The notes under the pieces were generated by a model. The model had not been told where the DNA came from and made no database searches. It saw only the letters and a program-made list of their open reading frames with translations. Positions 1 to 9,287 of a stretch of 64,000 bases of DNA are shown one piece after another (position 1 is the first letter of the stretch; the number at the start of each line of letters is the position of its first letter). Made by a program: the position numbers and the translations under genes. The DNA lies in IMG/VR virus record IMGVR_UViG_3300047445_000457, positions 6,227 through 70,226 of that record; one strand, written 5' to 3'. Origin of the DNA: a virus.

Positions 1-3000
1 GCCGGACGCTGCCACGACCCCTGGAACAGGTCTTGGCCGAACGAACCCCAGCCGGTATAGCCGGCCAGCACTTCCTGTTCCTCGCGGGTCGGCGCGCGGC
101 CGGCGTCGAGCAACTGGTTGCGCATCTCGAGCGCGGCGCGGTTCTTGTCGAAGCGGACCTTCTGGCCGCCGCCGACGATTTTCAAGGGGTCGGCAATATG
201 GAAGTCACCCGGCCCGGTGTCCGCCGGGCTGACGCTCGCCGGGTTCTTTACGACAGGGGCGGCAGCGCGCGATCCTCCACGTCCTGCTCCGGTTCCAGCA
301 TCAGGATTTCGCGCTCCGCCATTTCGCGGGCGTCCGTCACCGGCATCCCCGCTTGCAGCAGTTCCTTCTGACGGGTCCACATGCGCTGCTGGAGCACGTA
401 CGCCAGTTGCTTCGTTATTTGCAGGCGTTGCAGGTCCGCCCACAGCTTCGGGCTGTCGCGCTCCCAGGTCGCCAGGATGTGCCGGTCCAGTTCCCGGTTG
501 TGCAGCGTCTCGTCGTTGTGGCGCAGCCGCAGGTACTCCTGCAGGATCTCCTTGCGCCATTCCTTGCTGGCTGTGTTCATCGGTCGTGGTTCCCTTGGGT
601 TTCTGTGCGTTATCGGGCGATGCTGCACTATTTTGAGCGTTCACGCCAGCGGCCTGCGCAACGGCAGCCCGTGCGCGGTCGGCCAGCTCGGATGCCGGCA
701 GGTTCACCGGCATCCAGCGGTTCTCGCCGCCGCTGAAACGCTGGCCCTCTTTCGTCACGCGCATCACGACACTGACGCCGGATTTGGTGGACTTGAGGAA
801 GCCCAGCGATTCGCCGCCAACAGTAATATAGATGCCGTGCTTCATGCCTGGGTGGAACATGGTCAGCATGGCATCGCCGGAACCGGCTGGGCCGCCTTCG
901 TTGACGCTGACGATCTTCGTCGGCTTGCCGTTGTGGTCCGTGTGCGGCACGAAGCCCTCGACGTCCAGCGCCTTGCCCACTGCTTTCAGGTAGGTGCTGG
1001 CGTCCTTGAGGAAAGCGTCCTTCATGCCCCCGCGCAGGCCGAAATCGGTCTGTTCGTTCTTGCCGCCGGGGATAGGCGTGTAGCCGTCGATGTACTCGAC
1101 GCCCCAATCGTCGCGCAGGACCGGATCGGTGCCGGACTTTGCTGGGCGCGGTGCGGTCGGCTGCGTCGGCTTTTCGTCCTTCGCGGCCGCCACTTGCGCA
1201 GTCTTCGCGGCAGCATCCTCGGTCGCCATCGCGGTCATCTTGTCCTTGGCCCAGGCGATCGCATCTTCCAGCGGCATCAGGCCGGTTTGCCCGAGTCCGC
1301 GCCCTTCGGCGCGCCACTGGTCGCCTTCGCGGGTCAGGATGACATTGGCATACTCGTAGTCGGGCAGCCTTACCTTGATGCTGCCGTCCTTCTCGTACAT
1401 CACCGCCAGGCCGGCGTCCTCGGCCAGCAGCCGTTGCCTGGACAGCGAGTTGACAATCACCTTCATGCCGGAAGGTGCGATATGCACGCTGGTTTCGCTG
1501 GCATCGCTTGCGGCTTTCGGCTCTGCCGCCTCTACCGCCGGCATTTTCATCCCGCGCCGCTGCATTTCCTTGGCGATCGGATCCGCGCGCTTCGGCAGTT
1601 CCTTATGCGCACGCAGCAGTTGCCCGTCCGTCATGGCCTTGACGGACAGATTGTTGAGTTCCTGGGTAGTCAGCTCGGCGCCGGTTTCCGCCGCCTTGAC
1701 GACCCCTTGCCCCAGCGTGATCTGGCGGCTGGCGTCAATACCGGGATAGTCGCGGGTGTCGATCCCGAGTGCCTGGCTGGCGCGGTCTTCCGATGCTTCG
1801 CGCTTTTTCGGGTCGGCGTTCTTGTGCTCACGCGCCTGCTGGTAGCGGCGTGCGGCGAGCGAATCGAGCACCTGGGCGATCTCGACCAGTGCGCGCTTCG
1901 CTTCCTGAACCGCTTTCGGGTAGCGTGAGTCGATCTGGTCCTCGTACCTGAACCCGAGTTGCGCCAGCGTCGGGGCCAGTTCGTTCCAGCGCTGCACCGC
2001 CGCGTCAATGATCGGCTGCGGCAGCACAGGGGCCACGTTGGTGATCCGCGGCATGTCGGCAGCCGTGATCGGCACAAAATCGACCGGCACGGCCGGCTTG
2101 CCCTCGCTCGCTCGCATGGCGATCGCCTGGCGCGCTTTGTCCTCGCGGAACGCCACGCCGGCCTCGTTCAGCCGGCCCTGGCCGGCGTCCATGTGTACGC
2201 CGGCCTCGATCACCCTGGCCATGTCGTCGTCGCCCGCGTCGCGCAGGTCACGCAGCATCTTCTCGATGCGTGGCGCGAACGGCGTCGACTGCCAGGCGCG
2301 CGCCGACGCTGCGGGTGCGGCCTCCGGCTCGTCTGCCGTCTCGCCCTTCTCTGCGGCCACCAGCTCGCGCAGCGCGTCATTCGCTGCGTCATCGTCCATA
2401 TCACCGTAGTAAGAATCCTCCACGGCGCTGTTGATGTCGCCTTCGGTCACGCCGGCCGCCACCGCCTGTTCGATCAGCTTGCGGTCGAGGCGGTCGTACT
2501 TGTTGGCGATCGCCATGGCCGGGTGATCGGCGGCGTTGTTGGCCATGAAGAAACCATAGCTGAAGCCTTCCGGCGTGACGGAACGGGCGTTCTTCGTCGC
2601 CTGGCTCTTGCCGCCGTACAGGCGGTGCATCTTGCTGCCCTCGGTCGGCTCGACCGGCGCCACCGGCAGGTCGCCGTTGAAGCGGCCCCAGATCAGGGTT
2701 TTCTTGGTGTACGGGTCGCCCAGGTGGTTCGGGTCGAACGACAGGCGCCACGGCGGCAGGCCACCCAGCTTCTCGATGCGGCCTACAGGGTTTTCCAGCG
2801 CCCAGACGGACGGCTTGAAGTATTCGATGGTGCGCAGGGTCTGGTGAACCAGGTTCACGCTGGCCACCGTGCGGCCGTCCGCGTCCTTGGCGGCGAAGTG
2901 GCGCGCGCCGGATACGGCGAAGTCAGTGCAGGGGCAGGCGGCCAGGATCGCGTACACGTCCATGCCGTCAAAGGAGCCGAACCAGTCGTTGAAGAACTCG

Positions 3001-6000
3001 GTCGAGAAGTTGTTGACGTCGCCCATTTCCGGGTCGTCCTGGATGTCGAAGCGGAATACCTGGTAGCCCGCTTCCTCCCACGGCTTCGACCACTCGCCCG
3101 ACAGGTCGAACAGCGACAGCACGACCTTCTGGCTGTTGGCGCGGCGCGTGGCGTCATCTTCATACTGAGCCAGCGCGTGTTCTTTCCACTGCTCGATTTT
3201 TGCCTTGGCCTCGGCCGGGGTCATCCAGCCATGCCCGGCATGGTAGACCTTTGCCTTGTCGGCCAGGCGGACGATCTCGCCATTCTTTGGCGGCTGGAAG
3301 ATGTTGGTAACGACGTGCTCGCCGTCCATCATTTCCGCTTGGGCGGCGTTGAACTCGTCCACGATCTCGCCCAGCTCGCGGTCATCCACCCCTTGCAGGT
3401 GTTCCGGCGCAGTCGCGTTCGGGTGTGCTTCCGGCTTCTCGGACGGCTCGGCCAGTGGCTTCCATTCGGTAAAACGATAGGTCGCCAGGCGCTCGGCGTT
3501 CTTGAGCGCTTCCAGCTTGTCCCAGCCGCCGGACGGCCCGGCACCGCCCTTGGTGTGGATGGTCTTGTCGCCGTCCTCCATCGACTTGACGACCCAGCCC
3601 TTGTCCGTCTTTTCGATCCACACCGTGCTGCCCGGTGCCCCGGCGTAGTCGAAGTGGGCGCGGTAGCCGGCATCGACGTCGCCAATGAATTCGTCCAGCG
3701 TGGTTGGCTCGCGCACTTCCAGCGGCTCGACCGTCTCCGCGGCGCGCGCACGCTTCTCCAGCGGACTCAGCGGCTCCACCGGATCCCGGCGCTGGTCGTC
3801 GCGCACCACGCGCGGCTGTGGCGAACCGTCTGCCATGTCCGACTGGATGATGTGCTTCATCGCCTGCGGGCGCGGGCGATCAGGCGTGATCAGCGCGCGC
3901 AGGCGGTTGGCGTCCGCCGATACGTTGCCGTCATAGTCGGCCGCCATCAAGGCGTCCAGGCGCGGCTGCAGGCGGGAGTCCGACACCGCGCCCAGGATAT
4001 GCACGGCATGGATGTTGTCGCCGTACTTCCGCATCAGGTCCGTGAGCTCGTCATTCGACACCGCCTCGGCCTGCGACGGGATGCCGATGATCGGAGAAAT
4101 GTCGCGCGCCGGGTCCATGCCCAGGTTGTGCATCATCTGCTCGTAAGCCTCGGTCAGCGACAGCTCACCACCTTGCAGCGGGATGATCGCCTGCAGGCCG
4201 TAGCCATTGATCGTCTCCGCATAGCGGGCGACCAGATCCAGCGAACCAGCCTGATCCCCCACGATGTCCGGCATGACGAAGAAGGCGCGACCGTTCGCCA
4301 TCCCGCCGCTGGCCTTGCTGATCGCGTGCGACAGGTCCTCGTAGCGCTGCATCAGTGCGTCGTGGTCCAGCTTTGCCGCCTCGGCCATTTCGCGCTGCTC
4401 GCGCTCCGCCACGCCCTGCTCCCGCACGTTGCGCATGAAGATCGAGAACGCGCCCGAATCAACGAACAGGTAGGCACCCGGCGCCGCTGCCAGCTGCTCG
4501 GCAATGCGCGGAACGGACACCTTCGACAGTTCCAGCATGGAAATGCCGACGTTCTTGCCGTTGCCGAACAGCTTGCTGTAGTCGCCCGGCGCACTCATGC
4601 CAGAGACGAACTTCAACGGTTGCTCCGGGGTGCCGTACACGCCCGGTTTGAACTGGCCGTTGGTGTCGACCGGGTTGCCGGCGTTGGCGTAGGTCTCCGC
4701 CAGCACACGGGCGCGCTCGCGCTCGTCCACGGCGGGCGGTTCCGGCGTCACCAGTTCGGAGGCCACCATGTCCGGCCCGCGCACGCGCGCATCTTCCTCA
4801 ACCAGCCGGTTGTAGCGGTCCTGATCCATCAGCACGACCTGCTCGGACAACATATCGGGGTTCCGAGTCATGCGGATCTTGTTCTTCCCGATGTCGATGC
4901 CATTGAGGCGGTAGAGCGTGCCATCTTCCGCGTGCAGGACGTCGCCAGTCGCGGCGGATTTCAGGCTGACTTTTGCAGGCGCATGCTTCGCCTTCGCCTC
5001 GCGGTACTGTTGCAAGGTGCGCTCGGCATCCGCAATCTTGTCGTCGTACACCCATGCGTTGGCGGTCGCCTTGGCCTGCTCTTGCAGCCGCTTCAATTCC
5101 GCGACCTTCGCCTCGCCTGCGGCGATGAGTTCGTCCAGTTTAGCGAGCGCGTCGGCGCTCGGTGCCGCCGGCGCGGCCACCAGGCGCAGCACCTGGTCGT
5201 CCGGCATCGCCGCCACCACTTCCTCGCTGTCGGTGCCTTCGTGGTCCTCGGCAATCGCGTTGTAGGCCGCTTTCCAGCGGCGCGCGCTGATCTGGTCCAC
5301 ATGCGGGGCCACAGCCGGGTTGCCGCGCATCGCCTTGGCCGAAGCGCCGACCGCGGCGGCGAACGTGCGGAATCCCTTGCGGACCAGCAGCTCGATCACC
5401 TTCGACAGCGCCGGCAGCAAATCGCCTGTGCCGTGCTGCTTGCCGGTCATGTTCAGCTTGGAACCGAACACGTCGCCCAGCACATCGCCCAAGTGCCCCA
5501 GCGCAGCCTGCAGCTCGGCGTCCAGCAGGTCGATGGCGGGTTCGTCCGGCTTATCCGGCGCCTGCTCGGCCGCTACTTCTGCCACGGTCGGCGGCGTCTC
5601 GCGCTTGCCGTCGATGAAGTCGTTGACCGCCTCGCTTTCCGAGCGCGGAATCGACGGATTGGGGGCGGGCTTCGTCCCGTCCTTGGTCGGGTTCAGCGCA
5701 TGGCGGATTTTCGCCAGCGCTCCCTTCTTGATGTCGAAGCGGTCGAGGGCGGCGAGCAAGGACTGGCGCAGCAGGTCCGCCGGCACGCGGGCGTTCTCGG
5801 CCCACTGCGCGACCGCCTGCGGCAGTTCCTTTGCGTCGAAGTCGGGCTCTCTCGTCTCTTCGGCCACCTGTCCGGCCATTTCGAGGCCGAGCGCCTCGGC
5901 CCGGTCTTCGATCAACTGCTCGGGAGTCTTGCCCTCGTTGCGCCAGGCTTCCGAGTTGCGCGAGGGTCGCGCCGGTTGCGCTTCGGCCGGCGACTCGGTT

Positions 6001-9000
6001 TTCGCCGTTGCCCCCTCCGCCGCCTCGGCGCTCGGGAACTCCGGCACCACCTTCAGCAGCTCGCGGATCGGCGCATCGAAGCGGATCACGCGCACCGGCT
6101 CGTCCTGCTCGTACTTGGCCAGCCACTGGTGATGGCCGTCGAGCACGTAGTCGTCGCTCGATACCAGGATCGCGCGGTCGCCGCCCTGGAAGTCCTTGGC
6201 CCGCTCGACCTTGGCGATGGAAAACTCGCGCTGGGTCGGCTTGAGCGTGTCCGGCTCCACGATGTCCTGTTCGTGCGCGATCCCGCGCCCCAGCAGGAAT
6301 TGCGTCAGTGCGCCGCGGTGCTCCGCCTTGATCTGCGGCATGTCGGCGCGTGGGATGCCCAGCGTGCCGGTCTCAGGCGCGAATGCGGTCCATTCCTTGT
6401 CGATCCGGTGGCCGGCGAGGTCGTTCACCGGCTCGGCCGCCTGGCGGCGCTTTGACGGCCCGGTGTAGTCGCGCACCTGGGCCGGCACGGTGGTATCGCC
6501 CAACTGGTTGAGCAGGAACGCGCGGTGGTGGCCGTCCTGCAAGTGCAGCGAGCCGTCCGGCAGTTCCTGGGCCTGGATCGGATGGGCGGCGGTGAAGGCG
6601 CGCAGGCGTGCTTGTGCCGCCGGGTCCGCCTTGATGGCGTCGACCAGTTCGCGCATCCCGGTGCCGGCCGGCAGATTCAGGCCCGCCGCGTGTTCGAGCA
6701 CGTCGCGGACCTGGCTTTCAGTCACGCCCTGCGTGCCGATCGCGCCGTTCGGGCGGCGGATCTCGGACAAAGCCAGGTCGATGGTGTCGGCCGGGTGCGG
6801 TGCGGTTTCGTGCGCCGCGTTCAGTGCAGCCTGTCCGGCCTCGGCATCCACTGCAGCCACAGCGCCCGCAGTACCGGGTTCGCCAGCGGCGACAGCGGCG
6901 CCGGGTTGCGCATCCTGCGCTCCAGCGGCGTGTCCGTGCCCACCTTCATCAGTTGCCGATACTGCATGATCTGCCCCCTCGGTAGCGCCGGGAACAGGCG
7001 CGACGGCTTTCCGCCCACCTTTTACGAATGCCTTGAACGCCTCCATCAGCGGCTTGCGCTGCCCGACCGGCACACCAGCCTTGTTCAGCGCCTTCCAGAA
7101 CTCGGTGCCGTCCTTCGCCTGCTGCGCCAGCGGCAGCAGTTCCGGCGGCAGCGCCGGCGCGGCGGCGGGCTGGCCCTTGGCCACGGGCGCGGCGGCGGGC
7201 TTGCGCTCGGGCACGGCGTCCACCAGCTCGTTCGGGGCGGCGTATTCAGCCTCGGGCACGGCAAAGGCGTGGGCCAGCGCGCTGTGCCGCTCGATGTGCC
7301 CGATTTCCTCCGGGGTCGGCGCCAGGTTCCGATACCCCTCGCGGCGCAGGCGGGCCGTGAACGCCGCCAGCTTCCTTTGCGGCGGGGCTTCGCCCAGCTC
7401 GTTCAGCACATGGTCGAGCAGGTCCATGCGCGCGTTGCGCGACTGCATCGCCTGGTGCGCCTCGACGCGGCCGTGGATGGCGTCGAGCTCAGCCTGGCGT
7501 TTCAGGTGTTGCATGCGCAGGTAGGCCTGCTGTTCGGCAGCGGCGGCTTGCTCCCGCTCGGCGGCGATGCGGGCGTCGTCCTCATGGATGCGGCGTTCCT
7601 CGGACGCCTCGATGGCAGGCTCCAGCAGGCGCAGCGCATCCTGTGGCGCGGCCTTGCGCGGCGCGAGCGCGGCTTTTTCCCTCTGCAACTGCTTGTATTC
7701 CGCTTCCTCGTCGGCGGTGTAGCGGCGCGCCGGGGCGTCCGGCCCGCCGCGCCCGATCGCGCGCAACTGCTCAAGGCGGGCGTCGATCTGGGCGATGCGT
7801 CCCTCCGCGGTCGGCGTTTCCGGCGGCGGGTCCTGCGCGGTCGCAGCGGCGTCAGTGGCCGCACCGGCAGGCGCAGCGCCGGCATCCGGCGCTGCCTGGT
7901 CGCCCGGCAGCGGCGTCGGCGGGGTCTTGTCGAAGCCGTTTGTGGCATCCACCTGGCGGCGCACCTCGGCTTGCTTTGCCGCACGCACGGCGGACGGGTC
8001 TTCGCTGCCGAATGCCGCCTCGGCATCGTCGCGGCGCTGCAGGCGCGCGGCGTCGGCCACGTTCGGGTCGAGTCCCGGCGACAGCGGCGGGGCAGCAGTC
8101 GCCGCCTGGCTGGTGGCGGCTGCGTGGTGCGCGCGTTCGAGCGGCCCGGCATCCGGCGACAGCGGCGGCGGCGCGGCAGGAGCGGCCGGCGCCGTAGCGG
8201 CGGGCTGGGTCGCCGGCTGATGCGTCGCCGCCGGCTGGTGATTACCATGGAACCCAGCCATGACCCCGCCCTGCACGCCGCCCACCACCATCCCGCTGCC
8301 GGCGGCGTTGCCGACCCCCTTCATGCGGTCCGGCTCGCCCTCGGCCACGTTGGTGAAATACTGTTCCTGGGCCGACTGCGGCGCTTCCTCCGCCACGCCT
8401 TCGCTGAAGGCTTCCTTGCCGATCTTGGCCAGCCGGCTGCCCTTCAAGGTATGCGCGCCGGTCGCCAGGTCGGTAGCGGCATCACCGAACACGCGGCCCG
8501 CTCCCAGCCCGATCCCGGCCGTGAGTGCGCCGGCGGTGAGCGCCGGCAGCGCGTAATCCGTGTAATCGCGCCCTTTACCTTGCGCCTGGTCCGCGATCTG
8601 GCCGGCGCTCTGCGCGCCCTCCATGCCCGAGCCGGTGGCCAGCAGGCGCGTCGAATTGGCCTCGACCGCGGCGTCAGCGGCGGCCTTGCCCGCCTTGGTC
8701 TTGAGCGCCGCCGCCGCCGCCTCGGCGCTGGACTTGCCGGCGTCGGTTGCGAGCTGCGCCGCCAGCTTGCCCTCGGTGGTGGCCAGCGCCGCCCTGACGC
8801 CGATGCGGGCGGCGAGCGCGTTGGTCACGCCCATGCCGGCCAACATCCCCGGCGCCGATTCGGCAATCCCGCCCAGGATCGCGCGCGGGTTCTCCAGCGA
8901 GGCAATGGTGCTGTCAACGAAGCCATCGGCCTGCTGGACTTTCGCATCCGCCGCCTTCTGGCTGTCGCTCAGGTACTCGCCCAGCGTTGCATTGGTGGCC

Positions 9001-9269
9001 TCGGGGTCGTAGCCGATCGCGCGCATACCCTTCCCCACCAGCCCGCCAGTCGCCAGGCTACCGAGGCCGACCACGGATTGCCCGAGGTCGACCGCGCCCT
9101 GCGCCAGCTTGATGCCGACGTCGCCCGCCGTCCGCAGGAAGCCCGCCTGTTCCGGCTCCTTGGCTTGCGCCTCCCCCATCTGGGAGTCGAGCCATGCCTG
9201 GCCGGCATCGAAATCGAGCGTGCTGCGGTTATCGGTCAGGTAGGGGGCTTGCGGTTTCTTGGTGGCCAT
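1..9269 (-). CDS. Giant polyvalent DarB-like virion-ejected protein (3' end beyond window, >=3089 aa)
   Basis: ATG at 9269 (MATKKPQAPY) just after the 746-aa gene. The ORF track lists no stop-terminated minus ORF in this frame, and I read 240-660 directly with no stop. Motifs: DGHHQW (6123-6140), FVDSGAFS (4443-4466), ACPCTDF/LENPVG (about 2781-2939), EEQEVLAGYTGWG (45-83). Confidence 0.88.
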   Translation of the reverse strand, partial: MATKKPQAPYLTDNRSTLDFDAGQAWLDSQMGEAQAKEPEQAGFLRTAGDVGIKLAQGAVDLGQSVVGLGSLATGGLVGKGMRAIGYDPEATNATLGEYLSDSQKAADAKVQQADGFVDSTIASLENPRAILGGIAESAPGMLAGMGVTNALAARIGVRAALATTEGKLAAQLATDAGKSSAEAAAAALKTKAGKAAADAAVEANSTRLLATGSGMEGAQSAGQIADQAQGKGRDYTDYALPALTAGALTAGIGLGAGRVFGDAATDLATGAHTLKGSRLAKIGKEAFSEGVAEEAPQSAQEQYFTNVAEGEPDRMKGVGNAAGSGMVVGGVQGGVMAGFHGNHQPAATHQPATQPAATAPAAPAAPPPLSPDAGPLERAHHAAATSQAATAAPPLSPGLDPNVADAARLQRRDDAEAAFGSEDPSAVRAAKQAEVRRQVDATNGFDKTPPTPLPGDQAAPDAGAAPAGAATDAAATAQDPPPETPTAEGRIAQIDARLEQLRAIGRGGPDAPARRYTADEEAEYKQLQREKAALAPRKAAPQDALRLLEPAIEASEERRIHEDDARIAAEREQAAAAEQQAYLRMQHLKRQAELDAIHGRVEAHQAMQSRNARMDLLDHVLNELGEAPPQRKLAAFTARLRREGYRNLAPTPEEIGHIERHSALAHAFAVPEAEYAAPNELVDAVPERKPAAAPVAKGQPAAAPALPPELLPLAQQAKDGTEFWKALNKAGVPVGQRKPLMEAFKAFVKGGRKAVAPVPGATEGADHAVSATDEGGHGHAAGAQDAQPGAAVAAGEPGTAGAVAAVDAEAGQAALNAAHETAPHPADTIDLALSEIRRPNGAIGTQGVTESQVRDVLEHAAGLNLPAGTGMRELVDAIKADPAAQARLRAFTAAHPIQAQELPDGSLHLQDGHHRAFLLNQLGDTTVPAQVRDYTGPSKRRQAAEPVNDLAGHRIDKEWTAFAPETGTLGIPRADMPQIKAEHRGALTQFLLGRGIAHEQDIVEPDTLKPTQREFSIAKVERAKDFQGGDRAILVSSDDYVLDGHHQWLAKYEQDEPVRVIRFDAPIRELLKVVPEFPSAEAAEGATAKTESPAEAQPARPSRNSEAWRNEGKTPEQLIEDRAEALGLEMAGQVAEETREPDFDAKELPQAVAQWAENARVPADLLRQSLLAALDRFDIKKGALAKIRHALNPTKDGTKPAPNPSIPRSESEAVNDFIDGKRETPPTVAEVAAEQAPDKPDEPAIDLLDAELQAALGHLGDVLGDVFGSKLNMTGKQHGTGDLLPALSKVIELLVRKGFRTFAAAVGASAKAMRGNPAVAPHVDQISARRWKAAYNAIAEDHEGTDSEEVVAAMPDDQVLRLVAAPAAPSADALAKLDELIAAGEAKVAELKRLQEQAKATANAWVYDDKIADAERTLQQYREAKAKHAPAKVSLKSAATGDVLHAEDGTLYRLNGIDIGKNKIRMTRNPDMLSEQVVLMDQDRYNRLVEEDARVRGPDMVASELVTPEPPAVDERERARVLAETYANAGNPVDTNGQFKPGVYGTPEQPLKFVSGMSAPGDYSKLFGNGKNVGISMLELSKVSVPRIAEQLAAAPGAYLFVDSGAFSIFMRNVREQGVAEREQREMAEAAKLDHDALMQRYEDLSHAISKASGGMANGRAFFVMPDIVGDQAGSLDLVARYAETINGYGLQAIIPLQGGELSLTEAYEQMMHNLGMDPARDISPIIGIPSQAEAVSNDELTDLMRKYGDNIHAVHILGAVSDSRLQPRLDALMAADYDGNVSADANRLRALITPDRPRPQAMKHIIQSDMADGSPQPRVVRDDQRRDPVEPLSPLEKRARAAETVEPLEVREPTTLDEFIGDVDAGYRAHFDYAGAPGSTVWIEKTDKGWVVKSMEDGDKTIHTKGGAGPSGGWDKLEALKNAERLATYRFTEWKPLAEPSEKPEAHPNATAPEHLQGVDDRELGEIVDEFNAAQAEMMDGEHVVTNIFQPPKNGEIVRLADKAKVYHAGHGWMTPAEAKAKIEQWKEHALAQYEDDATRRANSQKVVLSLFDLSGEWSKPWEEAGYQVFRFDIQDDPEMGDVNNFSTEFFNDWFGSFDGMDVYAILAACPCTDFAVSGARHFAAKDADGRTVASVNLVHQTLRTIEYFKPSVWALENPVGRIEKLGGLPPWRLSFDPNHLGDPYTKKTLIWGRFNGDLPVAPVEPTEGSKMHRLYGGKSQATKNARSVTPEGFSYGFFMANNAADHPAMAIANKYDRLDRKLIEQAVAAGVTEGDINSAVEDSYYGDMDDDAANDALRELVAAEKGETADEPEAAPAASARAWQSTPFAPRIEKMLRDLRDAGDDDMARVIEAGVHMDAGQGRLNEAGVAFREDKARQAIAMRASEGKPAVPVDFVPITAADMPRITNVAPVLPQPIIDAAVQRWNELAPTLAQLGFRYEDQIDSRYPKAVQEAKRALVEIAQVLDSLAARRYQQAREHKNADPKKREASEDRASQALGIDTRDYPGIDASRQITLGQGVVKAAETGAELTTQELNNLSVKAMTDGQLLRAHKELPKRADPIAKEMQRRGMKMPAVEAAEPKAASDASETSVHIAPSGMKVIVNSLSRQRLLAEDAGLAVMYEKDGSIKVRLPDYEYANVILTREGDQWRAEGRGLGQTGLMPLEDAIAWAKDKMTAMATEDAAAKTAQVAAAKDEKPTQPTAPRPAKSGTDPVLRDDWGVEYIDGYTPIPGGKNEQTDFGLRGGMKDAFLKDASTYLKAVGKALDVEGFVPHTDHNGKPTKIVSVNEGGPAGSGDAMLTMFHPGMKHGIYITVGGESLGFLKSTKSGVSVVMRVTKEGQRFSGGENRWMPVNLPASELADRARAAVAQAAGVNAQNSAASPDNAQKPKGTTTDEHSQQGMAQGDPAGVPAAAPQRRDAAQPGTGPAHPGDLGARQPEAVGGPATPANNEATGVRAPAAHVDPSEGTAASGDAGDGRPRNGGARNPDAGTGAGRGGSRAAAPVVKNPASVSPADTGPGDFHIADPLKIVGGGQKVRFDKNRAALEMRNQLLDAGRAPTREEQEVLAGYTGWGSFGQDLFQGSWQRP
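248..580 (-). CDS. Small helical protein (110 aa) nested out of frame inside the giant ORF
   Basis: MNTASKEWRKEIL...AREMAEREILMLEPE; AAGGGA SD 10 nt upstream; GC3 bias switches to this frame. Confidence 0.7.
   Translation of the reverse strand: MNTASKEWRKEILQEYLRLRHNDETLHNRELDRHILATWERDSPKLWADLQRLQITKQLAYVLQQRMWTRQKELLQAGMPVTDAREMAEREILMLEPEQDVEDRALPPLS
6821..6967 (-). CDS. Possible second nested small ORF (48 aa) in the giant ORF
   Basis: GAGGGGG SD-like element then ATG (MQYRQLMKVG); same alternative frame as 248-580; lies in a linker. Confidence 0.25.
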   Translation of the reverse strand: MQYRQLMKVGTDTPLERRMRNPAPLSPLANPVLRALWLQWMPRPDRLH

Positions 9270-9287
9270 GTTGGTCCTTGTCGTGGG

